Assembly: GCA_963847445.1 (NCBI GenBank)
Contig: CAWJZV010000024.1
Coordinates: forward strand, 64,001-128,000
DNA: 64,000 nt
Origin: an uncultured delta proteobacterium
Lineage (GTDB): Bacteria; Desulfobacterota; Binatia; UBA9968
Direction of reading: 5' to 3'
Positions 10,123-19,877 of this stretch are shown in pieces. Position 1 is the first letter of the stretch; each line of letters begins with the position of its first letter. Made by a program: the position numbers and the translations under genes. The notes beneath the pieces were generated by a model. It made no database searches. It saw nothing but the letters and a program-made list of their open reading frames with translations, and had not been told where the DNA came from.

Positions 10123-10187
10123 TCTCGCGCCAAGCGCGCCAAGTTCGGAACTTTTTTCTTTGCGTCCTTTGCGGTCTTTGCGCGAGA
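10123..10187. repeat. CGCCAAG/CTTTGCG palindromic repeat between the reductase genes
   Basis: TCTCGCGCCAAG...CTTTGCGCGAGA inverted ends with 9-nt periodic CTTTGCG units. Confidence 0.75.
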
Positions 10188-10220
10188 TATTCCGGAATCC
10201 GTAGTTTGGGAGTCATTAAC

Positions 10221-11510
10221 ATGAGTACCAAGATCCGCGTCGTTCACTACTTGAATCAATTCTTCGCCCAGATCGGCGGCGAGGACAAAGGCGATGTCGG
10301 CCCAACCGTAAAAGCCGGGGTGATCGGCGCCGGCCGCGCGCTGCAGCAAGCGCTCGGCGAAGATGCCGAAGTGGTCGCGACGATTTATTGCGGCGACAAT
10401 TATTTCGCCGAGCATCAAAATCAGGTCGTCGCCGAACTGCTTCGGCGCACAGCGGAATTCACAGCCGATCTATTGATCGCCGGCCCGGCCTTCGAGAGCG
10501 GCCGCTACGGCGTGGCCTGCGGCGCTATTTGCCAAGCGGCGCAGCAAAAACTCGGTATCGCCAGCGTTGCCGGCATGGATGAAGACAACGTCGGCGCCGG
10601 CTTGTATCGCAAAAATATTTACATCGTCAACTCAGGCGCATCCATCGCGCGCATGGTGCCGACGCTGCAACGCATGGCAGCTTTGGGATTGAAACTGGCG
10701 CGCCGCGAAGCGATCGGCAAACCGGCGGACGAAGGCTACCTGTCACGCGGCATCAAGCGCAACGAATTCGCCGCCAAGCCGCCCGCCGAGCGCGCCGTCG
10801 ATATGTTGCTCGCCAAACTGGCCGGCAAAGAATTTCACTCCGAAATCGCCACGCCAAAATTCGCCGGTGGCAAACCGGCCGCGCCGCTGGGCGATTTGAA
10901 ATCAGCGGTGATCGCACTGGTCACCGACGGCGGGCTAGTGCTGGAAGGGAATCCGGATAAGATCGAGCCGGGACGGCCAACCCGCTTCACGACCATTCCG
11001 ATTCACAACGTCAACACGCTCGCCGCCGACAAGTACGACGCCGTCCATTCGGGCTACGACACCGCCAGCGCCAATCTAGACCCCAACCGACTGGTGCCGC
11101 TCGACACCATGCGCGAACTCGCCCGCGAGGGCGTCATCGGCAGCGTCCATGAATTCATTCACTCCACCGGCGGCGCCCACGCCGCGGTGGAGAACGCCGT
11201 GCAAATCGGCCGGCAGATCGCCGACCAGCTGAAAGCCGCCGGCGTCACCGGCGTGATCCTCACCTCCACTTGAGGCTCCAGCACTCGCTGCGGCGCAGCG
11301 ATCAGCAAGGAAATCGAAAAGCTGGAAATCCCGGTGACGCAGATCTGCACGATGATCCCGGTGGCCAAAGAAGTCGGCTCGCTGCGCGCCATCGCCGCCG
11401 GCGGCATCGTCAGCCCGACCGGCAATCCGGAACTATCGCCGGAAAAAGAAAAACAGTTCAGGCGGGACCTGGTGCTGCGCGCACTGGAGACACTGCAGCA
11501 AGAAGTGTGA
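10221..11510 (+). CDS. Glycine/betaine/sarcosine reductase-family selenoprotein B (GrdB-like), Sec at codon 351 (TGA 11271-11273), 429 aa
   Basis: VVHYLNQFFAQIGGEDK, CGDNYF, GPAFESGRYGVACG, DPNRLVPLD; in-frame TGA in ILTST-U-GSSTRCGAAISKEIEK, after which the frame continues 78 codons of GrdB-like C-terminus (PTGNPELSPEKEK...RALETLQQEV) to TGA 11508. Confidence 0.93.
11285..11301 (+). promoter_or_regulatory. Candidate bacterial SECIS element of the grdB-like gene
   Basis: Perfect 7-bp stem TCGCTGC/GCAGCGA with GGC loop, after an 11-nt spacer following the UGA. Confidence 0.75.
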
Positions 11511-11528
11511 TTAATCGTTGGGAGTATT

Positions 11529-11668
11529 TCTCGCAAAGGCGCCAAGACGCAAAGTTAAGTAAAGACATGTCATTGCGACCGAGGGGAGTAATCTCGCCCG
11601 AATCCGACAGGTCTCCTCCGGACTGACGGTCTTCGCCCGTCACTTTGCGCCTTAGCGCCTTTGCGAGA
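11529..11668. repeat. CGCAAAG/CTTTGCG palindromic element with internal GTCATT...GGGAG unit
   Basis: TCTCGCAAAGGCGCCAAGACGCAAAG ... CTTTGCGCCTTAGCGCCTTTGCGAGA; related copies at 16758 and 23270. Confidence 0.85.
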
Positions 11669-11711
11669 TCAATGTTCTCTCAGAATTCGACCATCGAACG
11701 TTGGAGTCACG

Positions 11712-12714
11712 ATGAACCTACCAACCCTGCTGCTCGTCATCGCGCTTAGTCTTAGCAGTCTACACTTCGCGCCTTCTTGCCGCCACCGTAGAAGACGATC
11801 ACATCGCCGGCGCCAAGAAAGAAGGCGCTCTCGTCCTCTATCTTTCCACCAATCTCGCCGATGCCAACGGTTTGGTCCAGCTCTACAAATCCAAGTATCC
11901 CTTCGTCAAGGTCGACATGTTCCGCGCCGACAACGAAAAACTGTTGAATCGCATCTTGACCGAATCGGCGGCCAACAAGTTCAACGGCGACGCGATTATG
12001 ATCAGCAGTTTCGAAGTCCGCGTGTTGTTGCAGAAAAAGCTCCTGCAACGCTACGTCTCGCCCCACGCCAAGTATTATCCAGAAGGATTCACCGACAAAG
12101 AAGGCTATTGGACCAGTGTCTACTCGATTCCCCGGGTTATCGCTTACAACACCAATCTCGCCAAGCCCGATGTCGCGCCGAAGAGTTGGGAAGACATCCT
12201 CCATCCGCGTTGGAGAGGCGGTTTTGGCCTGTCCGATAGCGCCACCCTCTGGTACACCGGCTTCATGAAATATCTCGGCGAAGAGAAAGGCCGCGACTTC
12301 ATGCGCAAGCTCGCCGCCCAGAAGCCGGCATTTCGCGACGGCGAAAGCATCGTCATGCAACTGCTCGCCGCCGGCGAGTTTCCTCTCGGCATGGTTTACT
12401 CGCACCAAGTGGCAACTCTGAAGCGGCGCGGCGCGCCAGTGGACTGGGTGCGCACCGCACAGCCCATCGTCACCGGCCTAAAACCTCTGGGCCTCAGTGC
12501 CAAGACGCAACATCCCAACGCGGCAAAATTATTCATCGACCTCACCCTCTCGAAGGAAGGCCAGGAGCTGATCAAGAGCTTCAACCGCATTCCCGACCGC
12601 GGCGACGTTACCTCCGAGCTAAAGGAAGGCCTCAAACTCTACCCTGCCGACCCGCGCTGGGGCGACAGCTATGCGAAACATGTGGAGGAATTTCGCGAGA
12701 TATTTTTCAAGTAA
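11712..12714 (+). CDS. ABC transporter extracellular solute-binding protein (Fe3+/thiamine-like, SBP_bac_6) (frameshift near 11770)
   Basis: Signal peptide from ATG 11712; AKKEGALVLY in the adjacent frame; IAYNTN, PKSWEDILHPRW, HPNAAKLFID. Confidence 0.85.
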
Positions 12715-12774
12715 GCGCTACGGTTCCGGGAACTCCTGACCCCTTACCCTTCACCCCTAACGTTTAATAAGCGA

Positions 12775-12811
12775 GTAGCAATCCTGCTACGCCGAGTAGC
12801 AAAACGACTAC
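12775..12811. promoter_or_regulatory. Tandem palindromic operator, candidate sigma54 enhancer (bEBP UAS)
   Basis: GTAGCA-atcc-TGCTAC and GTAGCA-aaac-GACTAC, 21 bp apart, about 100-135 bp upstream of a -24/-12 motif. Confidence 0.6.
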
Positions 12812-12908
12812 GCCTAGCCTTCGCCACGGCAATTTCCCCACCCTGCCGGAACGTCAAGTTTCTCCATAATTTCAGAACCTTTCATTCGATACCACGCTGC
12901 CGCTCCGC

Positions 12909-12924
12909 TGGCATAACCCTTGTA
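12909..12924 (+). promoter_or_regulatory. Candidate sigma54 -24/-12 promoter
   Basis: TGGCATAACCCTTGTA versus consensus TGGCACG-N4-TTGCW; correct spacing, T instead of C at -12. Confidence 0.55.
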
Positions 12925-13010
12925 ATGTAATTAGCAAGATCATCGTTGACAGGGAACCGCGATGATGGAACAAGATCGAGACAGTACGATCACAGCTTTT
13001 GGAGGAACCG

Positions 13011-13997
13011 ATGCTGGCAAAACTAACCGTGGCCATAGTCGCAGCTTTCGTTCTCACCCTCACCGCGTTCCCACCCAGCCAGGCGCAGCAGTTGGCAAAG
13101 ATGCCGAAGATTGGCTGGCTCGCGACCCGATCCGCCGCTTCTGGCACTGGGCTCGATAGATTGCGACGACATCTCCGGCCTCTGGGCTATATCGAGGGCA
13201 ATAACATCGACTTCGAGTATCGGTCGGCTGAGGATAACCTCGACCGGTTACCTGCACTCGCCGATGAATTAGTAAAACTTAAACTTGACGCGCTTGTCAC
13301 ACCATCGAGCGCTGAAACCCTAGCCGCAAAGAACGCTACCACGACGATCCCGATTATATGTTTGAACGTCGGGGATGCTGTTGCGCTGGGGCTGGTTGCG
13401 AGCTTCGCGAAGCCTGGCGGCAATATTACGGGCCTCACCAACTTCACAGATGTCCTCGCCGGCAAACGACTGGAGTTGCTCAAGGAAACTGTTCCCAAGC
13501 TGACCCGCGTTGCGGTGTTGTGGTATCCGCAAGATCCTGGTTCCACGCCGCAATGGAAAGAAAGCCAAGTGACTGCAGGAGAATTGGGCTTGCAACTCTA
13601 TTCTATGGAGGTCACCAGTAGCGACAAATACGAGAGCGCATTCAGAGACGCAATCAAGGCTCGAAGTGCTGCGGTCGCAGTTACGCCGGGACCGTTGAGC
13701 ATTTCTCACCAAAAACGGATTGCGGATCTCGCGATAAAAAATCGGTTGCCGATAATGACCCCTCGCGCGGATTTAGCCGAGAGCGGCGGCTTAATTTCAT
13801 ATGGACCCGACCGCGATGAACACTACAGGCGTGCTGCTTCGATGGTGGACAAAATTTTGAAGGGCTCAAAGCCCGCTGACCTACCTGTTGAACGGCCAAT
13901 GAAGTTTGAGTTTGTCGTCAATCTGAAAACCGCAAAGCAGATCGGTCTGACGATTCCGCCGAATGTGCTGGTGCGGGCTGATCGGGTGATTAAGTAG
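13011..13997 (+). CDS. ABC transporter substrate-binding protein (ABC_sub_bind family)
   Basis: PKIGWL, LGYIEGNNI, PGGNITG, GKRLELLKE, GSKPADLPVERPMKFEFVVNLKTAKQIGLTIPP; GGAGGA RBS. Confidence 0.92.
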   Translation: MLAKLTVAIVAAFVLTLTAFPPSQAQQLAKMPKIGWLATRSAASGTGLDRLRRHLRPLGYIEGNNIDFEYRSAEDNLDRLPALADELVKLKLDALVTPSSAETLAAKNATTTIPIICLNVGDAVALGLVASFAKPGGNITGLTNFTDVLAGKRLELLKETVPKLTRVAVLWYPQDPGSTPQWKESQVTAGELGLQLYSMEVTSSDKYESAFRDAIKARSAAVAVTPGPLSISHQKRIADLAIKNRLPIMTPRADLAESGGLISYGPDRDEHYRRAASMVDKILKGSKPADLPVERPMKFEFVVNLKTAKQIGLTIPPNVLVRADRVIK

Positions 13998-14089
13998 GGC
14001 AAAAGTAAAAGTGAAAAAGGCCACCGGGAAATTCTAAAATACGAAGAGACAATGCAGATAAACGAATAAGCGGTTAGGGTACGACGTCT

Positions 14090-14554
14090 TCAGCGCGAAA
14101 TAAATTCGGATGGGACGAGCACCTCGAAAGCGTCGATTTTCTTCAGACGCTTGTCATTGGTGATGAAAAGCGTCGCTTCGCCTCGGATCGCCGCGGCGAC
14201 TTGCAAAGCATCGGGCAGACGGATGCCGTGGCGCGCCCGCACCAGGGCCGCGGCTTCGGCAAGCTTCTCGTCAATGGCCAACATGGTGAGCGTGGAGAAA
14301 GATTTCAAGGTGAATTTGATTTCATCGACGAGGGCGTACTTTTTTTCCACCAGAGGTTTTGCCAAAATTTCCGCCAGCGTGATGGTTGATGTGACGGCGT
14401 GCAAGCGATGGTTGGCCAAAAGTTCGAACACGGGTTCGAGAAGATCCGCGTAGGGCGCAACATCTTCGATAAAATAGATCAACGGCGCGGTATCGAGCCC
14501 GACGATCCGATGCTTTTCTATAGTTCGGCGAAAGTTAAGCGCGTTGCCATTCAT
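14090..14554 (-). CDS. vapC: PIN-domain VapC toxin
   Basis: LDTAPLIY, TLAEIL, IRLPDALQVAAA, FITNDKRL PIN motifs. Confidence 0.9.
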   Translation of the reverse strand: MNGNALNFRRTIEKHRIVGLDTAPLIYFIEDVAPYADLLEPVFELLANHRLHAVTSTITLAEILAKPLVEKKYALVDEIKFTLKSFSTLTMLAIDEKLAEAAALVRARHGIRLPDALQVAAAIRGEATLFITNDKRLKKIDAFEVLVPSEFISR

Positions 14555-14789
14555 CGCGGAGTTTGTCGAGGTAGGCGTCGATCTTGGTGCGATCGCCCCA
14601 GGCGCCTTTACCGATACCGCGCAACCGGGCCGCCGGGTTCTTGGGTTTCGGCCGCAGGATTATTCTGTCGCTCTCTACCACCGCGGCTAATTGATCGCCG
14701 GGTTTTAGTCCCAAGGCCTGTCGCATCTGCTTGGAAATTACGATTTGTGACTTTTCGTTAAGTTTTAGCACTATTTCCATCTTTGTCAC
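14535..14789 (-). CDS. AbrB/MazE-family antitoxin
   Basis: KSQIVISKQMRQALGLKPGDQL swapped-hairpin motif; overlaps the vapC start. Confidence 0.88.
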   Translation of the reverse strand: MTKMEIVLKLNEKSQIVISKQMRQALGLKPGDQLAAVVESDRIILRPKPKNPAARLRGIGKGAWGDRTKIDAYLDKLRDEWQRA

Positions 14790-14888
14790 CCATTTTAATG
14801 GTTTCGGGTAAAATTAGCAGATATGGGCTACTTTAGCAATTTGTCAGCGGGAGAACGGTAAGGAGGCTCGTAGGTCCGAGAAGATTGG

Positions 14889-14936
14889 GTGGCGATTAAC
14901 TTGAAAACGACAAAGCAGATCGGCGTGGCGATCCTG
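14889..14936 (+). pseudogene. 3' fragment of an ABC_sub_bind gene
   Basis: Translates VAINLKTTKQIGVAIL, paralogous to VVNLKTAKQIGLTIP at about 13914-13958. Confidence 0.65.
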
Positions 14937-15053
14937 TTCCAGCGCAACTGACCGCGCCGGACTGAATTTAACAATTGCGCCGAGAACTTCGCCGCCGTAT
15001 AGTCGCGCTGTTCGTGTGGACCGGTCTTAGCATCCTATACATGAGGTGCGACA

Positions 15054-16742
15054 ATGTATGACTTGATTCTCAAAGGCGGGCGGATTTACGACGGCTCGGG
15101 GTTGCCGTCGTTCAATGGCGACGTGGCCATTCGCGACGGCAAAATTGCCGCCATCGGTAGAATCAACGAAGCAGCGGAGCGCGTGCTCGACGTTGGCGGC
15201 CTGGCGGTCGCGCCCGGGGTCATCGATTTTCACACTCACTTCGACGCCCAGCTTTGGTGGGACCCGCTCGCTTCATCATCGAATGAACATGGCGTCACCA
15301 CCGTGGTCACCGGCAACTGCGGCTTGACGCTGGCGCCGTGCAAACCGGAGAGCCGAGATGCCTTGATCGGCACTTTCGTGCGCGTCGAAGCGATGCCGCG
15401 GGCGAGCCTGCAAGCGGGCATTCCCTGGCAGTGGACGACACATGCGGAATATCTCAACGCGCTCGAGCGCCAGCCGCTCGGCTTGAACGTCGCGACGCTC
15501 ATCGGTCACTGCGCCGTGCGCCAACATGCCATGGGCGAAGCCAGCGTCGAGCGCGAAGCCAAGGACAGCGAAATCGCCGAGATGGAGGAATCGGTCCGCC
15601 AAGCTATGGCGGCTGGCGCCTTCGGGTTTTCGACGAACTCGAACCAAAGCCACTATCGCGAAGACGGCAAGCCGGTGGCAAGCCGATTCTCCAGCTTGGA
15701 AGAAATCGCCCGCCTGTGCCGCGTCGTCGGCGAGTCCCAGCGCGGCTTGGTGCAATTCACCCATGGCGCCTTCGCCACGCCGGAGCATGTCGCGCACATC
15801 AGCCAATGGTACGACACGATTTTACAGGAAACCCGCCGGCCGTTGATCGGTGAAAGCATCCGCCACCGTTGGAGCGAACCCGAGCTATGGCGCAAACAGT
15901 TGCACGACGTCGAAGCGCGTGCCCGTCAGGGCTACGCCGCCTACGCCATGACCAGCACGCGCCGATCAATGCGCCGCTGGACGCTCAAAGACGGCGCTCG
16001 TCTCGATATCATCCCGGCGTGGAAAAAACTTTCGGCGTTGCCGATCGCCAAACGAATGGAGAAACTGCGCGATGCCGCCGTGCGCGCGGAACTGGCGGAA
16101 GAAACCGTCGATGGAAAACCGATAGATTTCTCGCGCCGCTGGGATTTGATCGGCGTCAATAAAGCAGCGCGCAAAGAAAATCAAAGTCTCGAAGCCAAAA
16201 GCATCGCGGAGATCGCCACCGCGCAGCATAAGTCACCCATCGATGCCATGCTCGATCTCGCCCTGGCGGAAGACTTGGAAACCACTTTCGAAGATTCGAC
16301 GACCCAGGGCGACGAGCAAGCGGTCAAAGAAATCTTCTGCAACCCCAACGTCCTGCTCGGCCAGTCCGACGCCGGTGCCCATGTCGCCAGCGGCAATCCC
16401 GGTTTCGGTTACGCAACCTTGATGCTCGCCTATTGGGTGCGCGAGCGAAAGCTCATGACACTCGAAGACGCCATCAAGAAACTGACGTTCTTGCCGGCGT
16501 CGATCTTCGGCATCCACGACCGCGGCCTGCTGCGCCGCGGCCTTGCCGCCGACATATTTGTCTTCGATCCTGAGAGGATAGACTTAGCCACGCCGGCAAA
16601 AGTCAATGATCTCCCCGAAGGCGCGCCTCGTTTCGTTCAAGGCGCCAAGGGAATTCATTACACGATTGTTAACGGCAAAGTGCTCATGGATAACGGCGCT
16701 CACACTGGCGCCTATCCCGGAAGAGTACTGCGGAGTTCGTGA
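15054..16742 (+). CDS. N-acyl-D-amino-acid deacylase-like amidohydrolase (Amidohydro_3)
   Basis: YDLILKGGRIYDGSG, PGVIDFHTHFD, GVTTVVTGNCG, SDAGAH, DRGLLRRGLAADIFVFDP. Confidence 0.9.
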   Translation: MYDLILKGGRIYDGSGLPSFNGDVAIRDGKIAAIGRINEAAERVLDVGGLAVAPGVIDFHTHFDAQLWWDPLASSSNEHGVTTVVTGNCGLTLAPCKPESRDALIGTFVRVEAMPRASLQAGIPWQWTTHAEYLNALERQPLGLNVATLIGHCAVRQHAMGEASVEREAKDSEIAEMEESVRQAMAAGAFGFSTNSNQSHYREDGKPVASRFSSLEEIARLCRVVGESQRGLVQFTHGAFATPEHVAHISQWYDTILQETRRPLIGESIRHRWSEPELWRKQLHDVEARARQGYAAYAMTSTRRSMRRWTLKDGARLDIIPAWKKLSALPIAKRMEKLRDAAVRAELAEETVDGKPIDFSRRWDLIGVNKAARKENQSLEAKSIAEIATAQHKSPIDAMLDLALAEDLETTFEDSTTQGDEQAVKEIFCNPNVLLGQSDAGAHVASGNPGFGYATLMLAYWVRERKLMTLEDAIKKLTFLPASIFGIHDRGLLRRGLAADIFVFDPERIDLATPAKVNDLPEGAPRFVQGAKGIHYTIVNGKVLMDNGAHTGAYPGRVLRSS

Positions 16743-16757
16743 ACACGAATATAATTT

Positions 16758-16887
16758 TCTCGCAAAGGCGCAAAGACGCCAAGGCGACGGGCGATGCCCG
16801 TCATCCCGAGGGAACACGAGGGATCTAAGAAAGATTTCTCCCAGGGGTCGAAATGACAACAATTCCGAACTTAGCGCCTTTGCGAGA
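16758..16887. repeat. CGCAAAG-family palindrome with nested GTCATCCCGAG...CGAAATGAC unit
   Basis: Inverted ends TCTCGCAAAGGCG / CGCCTTTGCGAGA between convergent genes. Confidence 0.8.
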
Positions 16888-16921
16888 GACATTCCGAATT
16901 TCAGAATTTATCTAGATCTGC

Positions 16922-17923
16922 TCAGCGCAGCCCAAAAATCTCTTTCCACAACTTCTCATACTTCGGATAATCTTTGATGTCGTCTTCGCCCACCGGGTAA
17001 ACTTTCGCCGGCCGGGTTTTTTCCGTCGGCTCGACTTTCGGATGGGCCGGCAATCTGCCGCCAAGAGCGTAGATTTTTTGGCCTTCTTCGCTCGCCGACC
17101 AGCGGGCGAACAACAGTGCGGTATTGGGATGCGGTGCACTTTTCATAATCGCCGTGGCGTCGATGTCGCCGGTGCCCTCGGTCAGCATATAGTCCACCGG
17201 CGCGCCTTTGCGTTTGCGCACCGGATAATGGTGCGAATAGCAGGTCAAACAGGCGGCGGCCTGTCCGGCGACCAACAGTTCGGCCAACTGCGAATGGCCT
17301 TTGTGAAATTCCAGATTGTTGGCGGCGATGCGCTTGAGCAGCGCCACGGCCTTGTCGTCGTTTTTGTATTTGTGCTTGGCCAGGCCGAGCAGCAATTGGA
17401 AATCTCGCGGCTCGGCGATCAAACGATTTTTCCAACGCGGATCGGCGAAATCTTCGAACTGCTTGGGCTCTTCGTCTTTTTTTACCTTCGAGGTATTCCA
17501 AGCCGGCACGATGTAAATCAAGTCGGTGGCGAGCCACCCGGTGCCTTTGAGTTCATCCGGATAGGCAGCCGCTTCCGGGTAGAGTCGGTCGAGAAACAAT
17601 CCTTGGCCTTGGACCCGCATGAGGCCGTCCAGCAAAGTTTGAAAAACATCGGCGAGGATCCGTCCGCCGCGCGATTCCGCGATGATCCGCGTCGCCAACT
17701 GATCCGACGTCGCGTCCACATGGTTCACTTTGATACCGGGAAAACGCTTCTCGAACGCCGGCAAAATGATCTCGGCATTGACCTGCGCCAAGGTGGCGTA
17801 AAAATTCAGCGTGCCGCCTTCGGTGAGCGCCCGCTTATAAACTTCGTCGATAGTTTGCGCCTGAAGGGAGACCACACCGCACATTGACAGCGTTAAGGCT
17901 AAGAGAAACTTTCCACTTTTCAT
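16922..17923 (-). CDS. ABC transporter extracellular solute-binding protein (SBP_bac_6-like)
   Basis: Signal peptide; EGGTLNFY, PAWNTSKV, DPRWK, APHPNTALLFARW. Confidence 0.88.
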   Translation of the reverse strand: MKSGKFLLALTLSMCGVVSLQAQTIDEVYKRALTEGGTLNFYATLAQVNAEIILPAFEKRFPGIKVNHVDATSDQLATRIIAESRGGRILADVFQTLLDGLMRVQGQGLFLDRLYPEAAAYPDELKGTGWLATDLIYIVPAWNTSKVKKDEEPKQFEDFADPRWKNRLIAEPRDFQLLLGLAKHKYKNDDKAVALLKRIAANNLEFHKGHSQLAELLVAGQAAACLTCYSHHYPVRKRKGAPVDYMLTEGTGDIDATAIMKSAPHPNTALLFARWSASEEGQKIYALGGRLPAHPKVEPTEKTRPAKVYPVGEDDIKDYPKYEKLWKEIFGLR

Positions 17924-18072
17924 CGCAATCCTCCTGTTAAGGCATCCCGTGTTAGATTGAGCGGTGGCCGAACTCTATGAGAGCTGATGCGTACAGCCGA
18001 TGTAGCAGGTGAAATCATCGATCGTCAAGCTGGCAAGACCCCTTGTTTTCAACCTCACGACACCATGGACTC

Positions 18073-18159
18073 GTTCAAAAGTTCAAGGTTCAAAAGTTCA
18101 ATCGGAAGTCCGCCTCCGCCTCCGGCACAGTTGAACTATTGAACCCTTGAACCTTGAAC
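18073..18159. repeat. GTTCAA/TTGAAC palindromic element
   Basis: GTTCAA x4 ... TTGAAC x4. Confidence 0.8.
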
Positions 18160-18166
18160 GAATAAT

Positions 18167-19612
18167 TCACGCCCAATACGTCGTCCGATCGATGGGGATA
18201 TGCTGCAAGACTTCTCCCGGCACGAAGTCTTCCAGCTTGATTCGCGCCATCGCTTCGTCGGGGCATTTCGACACCGGCGAGAACGGCCGGTCGAGCGGCT
18301 TGGTGGCGTCGACGATCATGCAGGAAGTCTTGATCTCGTCGTCGAGCGACGGATCGAGCATGTTGCCGCGGAAGATCGGCGGCGTGATCGAGATTTGCAG
18401 GTGCGGTTGCACGCGGGTCGCGATCGCCCACAAGACATCGGTCGGATTGAAAACGTCAATATCGTCGTCGAAGACGAAAACATTTTTCGCGTGATCGAAG
18501 GTCAGCGCCGCCGCCGCGGCCCGGCCCGGATCGCCTTCGGACATTTTTTTCATGGCAATGAAAATATTGTAGTTCGCCTGCCGGCCGAGCTTGCACACCG
18601 CCGTGACGCCCGGCACCGCCTCGCGGCAGCGCCGCAAATACGCGCCCTCGCGCGGCAGATCCATCCACGGCTTGTCGCCTTCCGGCGTGATGACCGACTG
18701 GTACATGGCGCCCTTGCGATAATTAATCGCCCGCACTTCGTACTCGACACAACGGACATAGCGCTGCGGGCCGAGATAACCGGGCGCTTCGCCGAACGGC
18801 CCTTCGACGACCCGCTTGCCGGGAATCAACGCGCCTTCGATGACGATCTCGGCATCGGCGGGAATCAGCAAGTCGTCGCCCCAGGTCTCCGATGGCGTCA
18901 GCCGCAGCGGCTCTTGCAGATAGCCGCCGATGATATCGAACTCGCTGACCTCGAACGGTCCGGTGTAGCAAGCGCCGATGTGATAGGCCGGATGATGGCC
19001 CATCACCGTGGCCACCGGACATTCCATATTCTGCTCTTCGTAGTCGCGGTACATGCGCCAGAGATGGCGCGGCGAGGCGTACAGCGCGGTGCGGTTCGGT
19101 GACTTGATCTCCATGCGGTGGTACGAGCAGTTGTAAATACCGCTCTTGCGGTCTTTGGTGATGGTCGACAGCGTGCTATAGGGACCGCCGTCCATCTCGT
19201 AGTGGCGCATGAACGGCAACTGAAACAGATCGACATCGGCGCCGCGCTTGATGTTCTGCTTCACCGGCGCGTCTTTCTTGTCGATGACGATCGGCGGAAT
19301 CGGCTTGGCTTCCCGCGCCAGGCAGGCCTCAGCCATCTCACTGCGCGTCAGGCTGCGCGGCATGCCGAGAGCGATCTGGGTCTTTCGCTGCGAAATCTCG
19401 CAATTGAGCACAAGCGGGAAGTCACTCACCTGGCCGTGCAAATTGAGCGGCTTGTCGAAGATCGCGATGGGAAACTTTTTCTGCGCGCCGAGGTGCTTGA
19501 TGATCGCCGTCGCGTCATAATGCGCCGGATCGATGGTCTTGCCGATGTGAACGACTTCGTTAGGAATCTCGCGGCGGCACTCTTCGAGAAACGTGCTCAA
19601 GCTCTTCGGCAT
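18167..19612 (-). CDS. UbiD-family (prFMN-dependent) decarboxylase
   Basis: DGGPY, YNCSYHRM, IPADAEIVIEG, EGPFGE, DDDIDVFNPTDVLWAIATR, LDPS...IVDATKP. Confidence 0.92.
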   Translation of the reverse strand: MPKSLSTFLEECRREIPNEVVHIGKTIDPAHYDATAIIKHLGAQKKFPIAIFDKPLNLHGQVSDFPLVLNCEISQRKTQIALGMPRSLTRSEMAEACLAREAKPIPPIVIDKKDAPVKQNIKRGADVDLFQLPFMRHYEMDGGPYSTLSTITKDRKSGIYNCSYHRMEIKSPNRTALYASPRHLWRMYRDYEEQNMECPVATVMGHHPAYHIGACYTGPFEVSEFDIIGGYLQEPLRLTPSETWGDDLLIPADAEIVIEGALIPGKRVVEGPFGEAPGYLGPQRYVRCVEYEVRAINYRKGAMYQSVITPEGDKPWMDLPREGAYLRRCREAVPGVTAVCKLGRQANYNIFIAMKKMSEGDPGRAAAAALTFDHAKNVFVFDDDIDVFNPTDVLWAIATRVQPHLQISITPPIFRGNMLDPSLDDEIKTSCMIVDATKPLDRPFSPVSKCPDEAMARIKLEDFVPGEVLQHIPIDRTTYWA

Positions 19613-19642
19613 GGGATCTCCAGGGGACTAATGAATCATGGT

Positions 19643-19865
19643 TTCACCACGAAGGCACGAAGGACACGAAGGTTCGGATAGAATAAGGGCGGGTTTAAAA
19701 CCCGCCCCTACGAAAACCTCGTGCTCTTCATGTCATTCGTGGTGATCTGCCCTTTCCGATTTTTGCGTTCTTTGCGCCCTTTGCGGTCAATTATCCGATT
19801 CCGAATCTTTCTTTCGGTTGAGGTACCGGTCTTCCGTTTGCGAACTTTGCGTTCTTTGCGGCCAA
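19643..19865. repeat. CACGAAG-family palindrome (uninterrupted left end) with nested GGGCGGGTTTAAAACCCGCCC REP, then CTTTGCG units
   Basis: TTCACCACGAAGGCACGAAGGACACGAAG ... TTCGTGGTGA; REP at 19686-19711. Confidence 0.85.
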
Positions 19866-19877
19866 TCTTCAGGTGCT

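Noticed and set aside
10119-10220. N-terminal extension of the GrdB-like ORF
   Set aside because: Translates a palindromic repeat; ATG 10221 has a GGAG RBS and matches the family start
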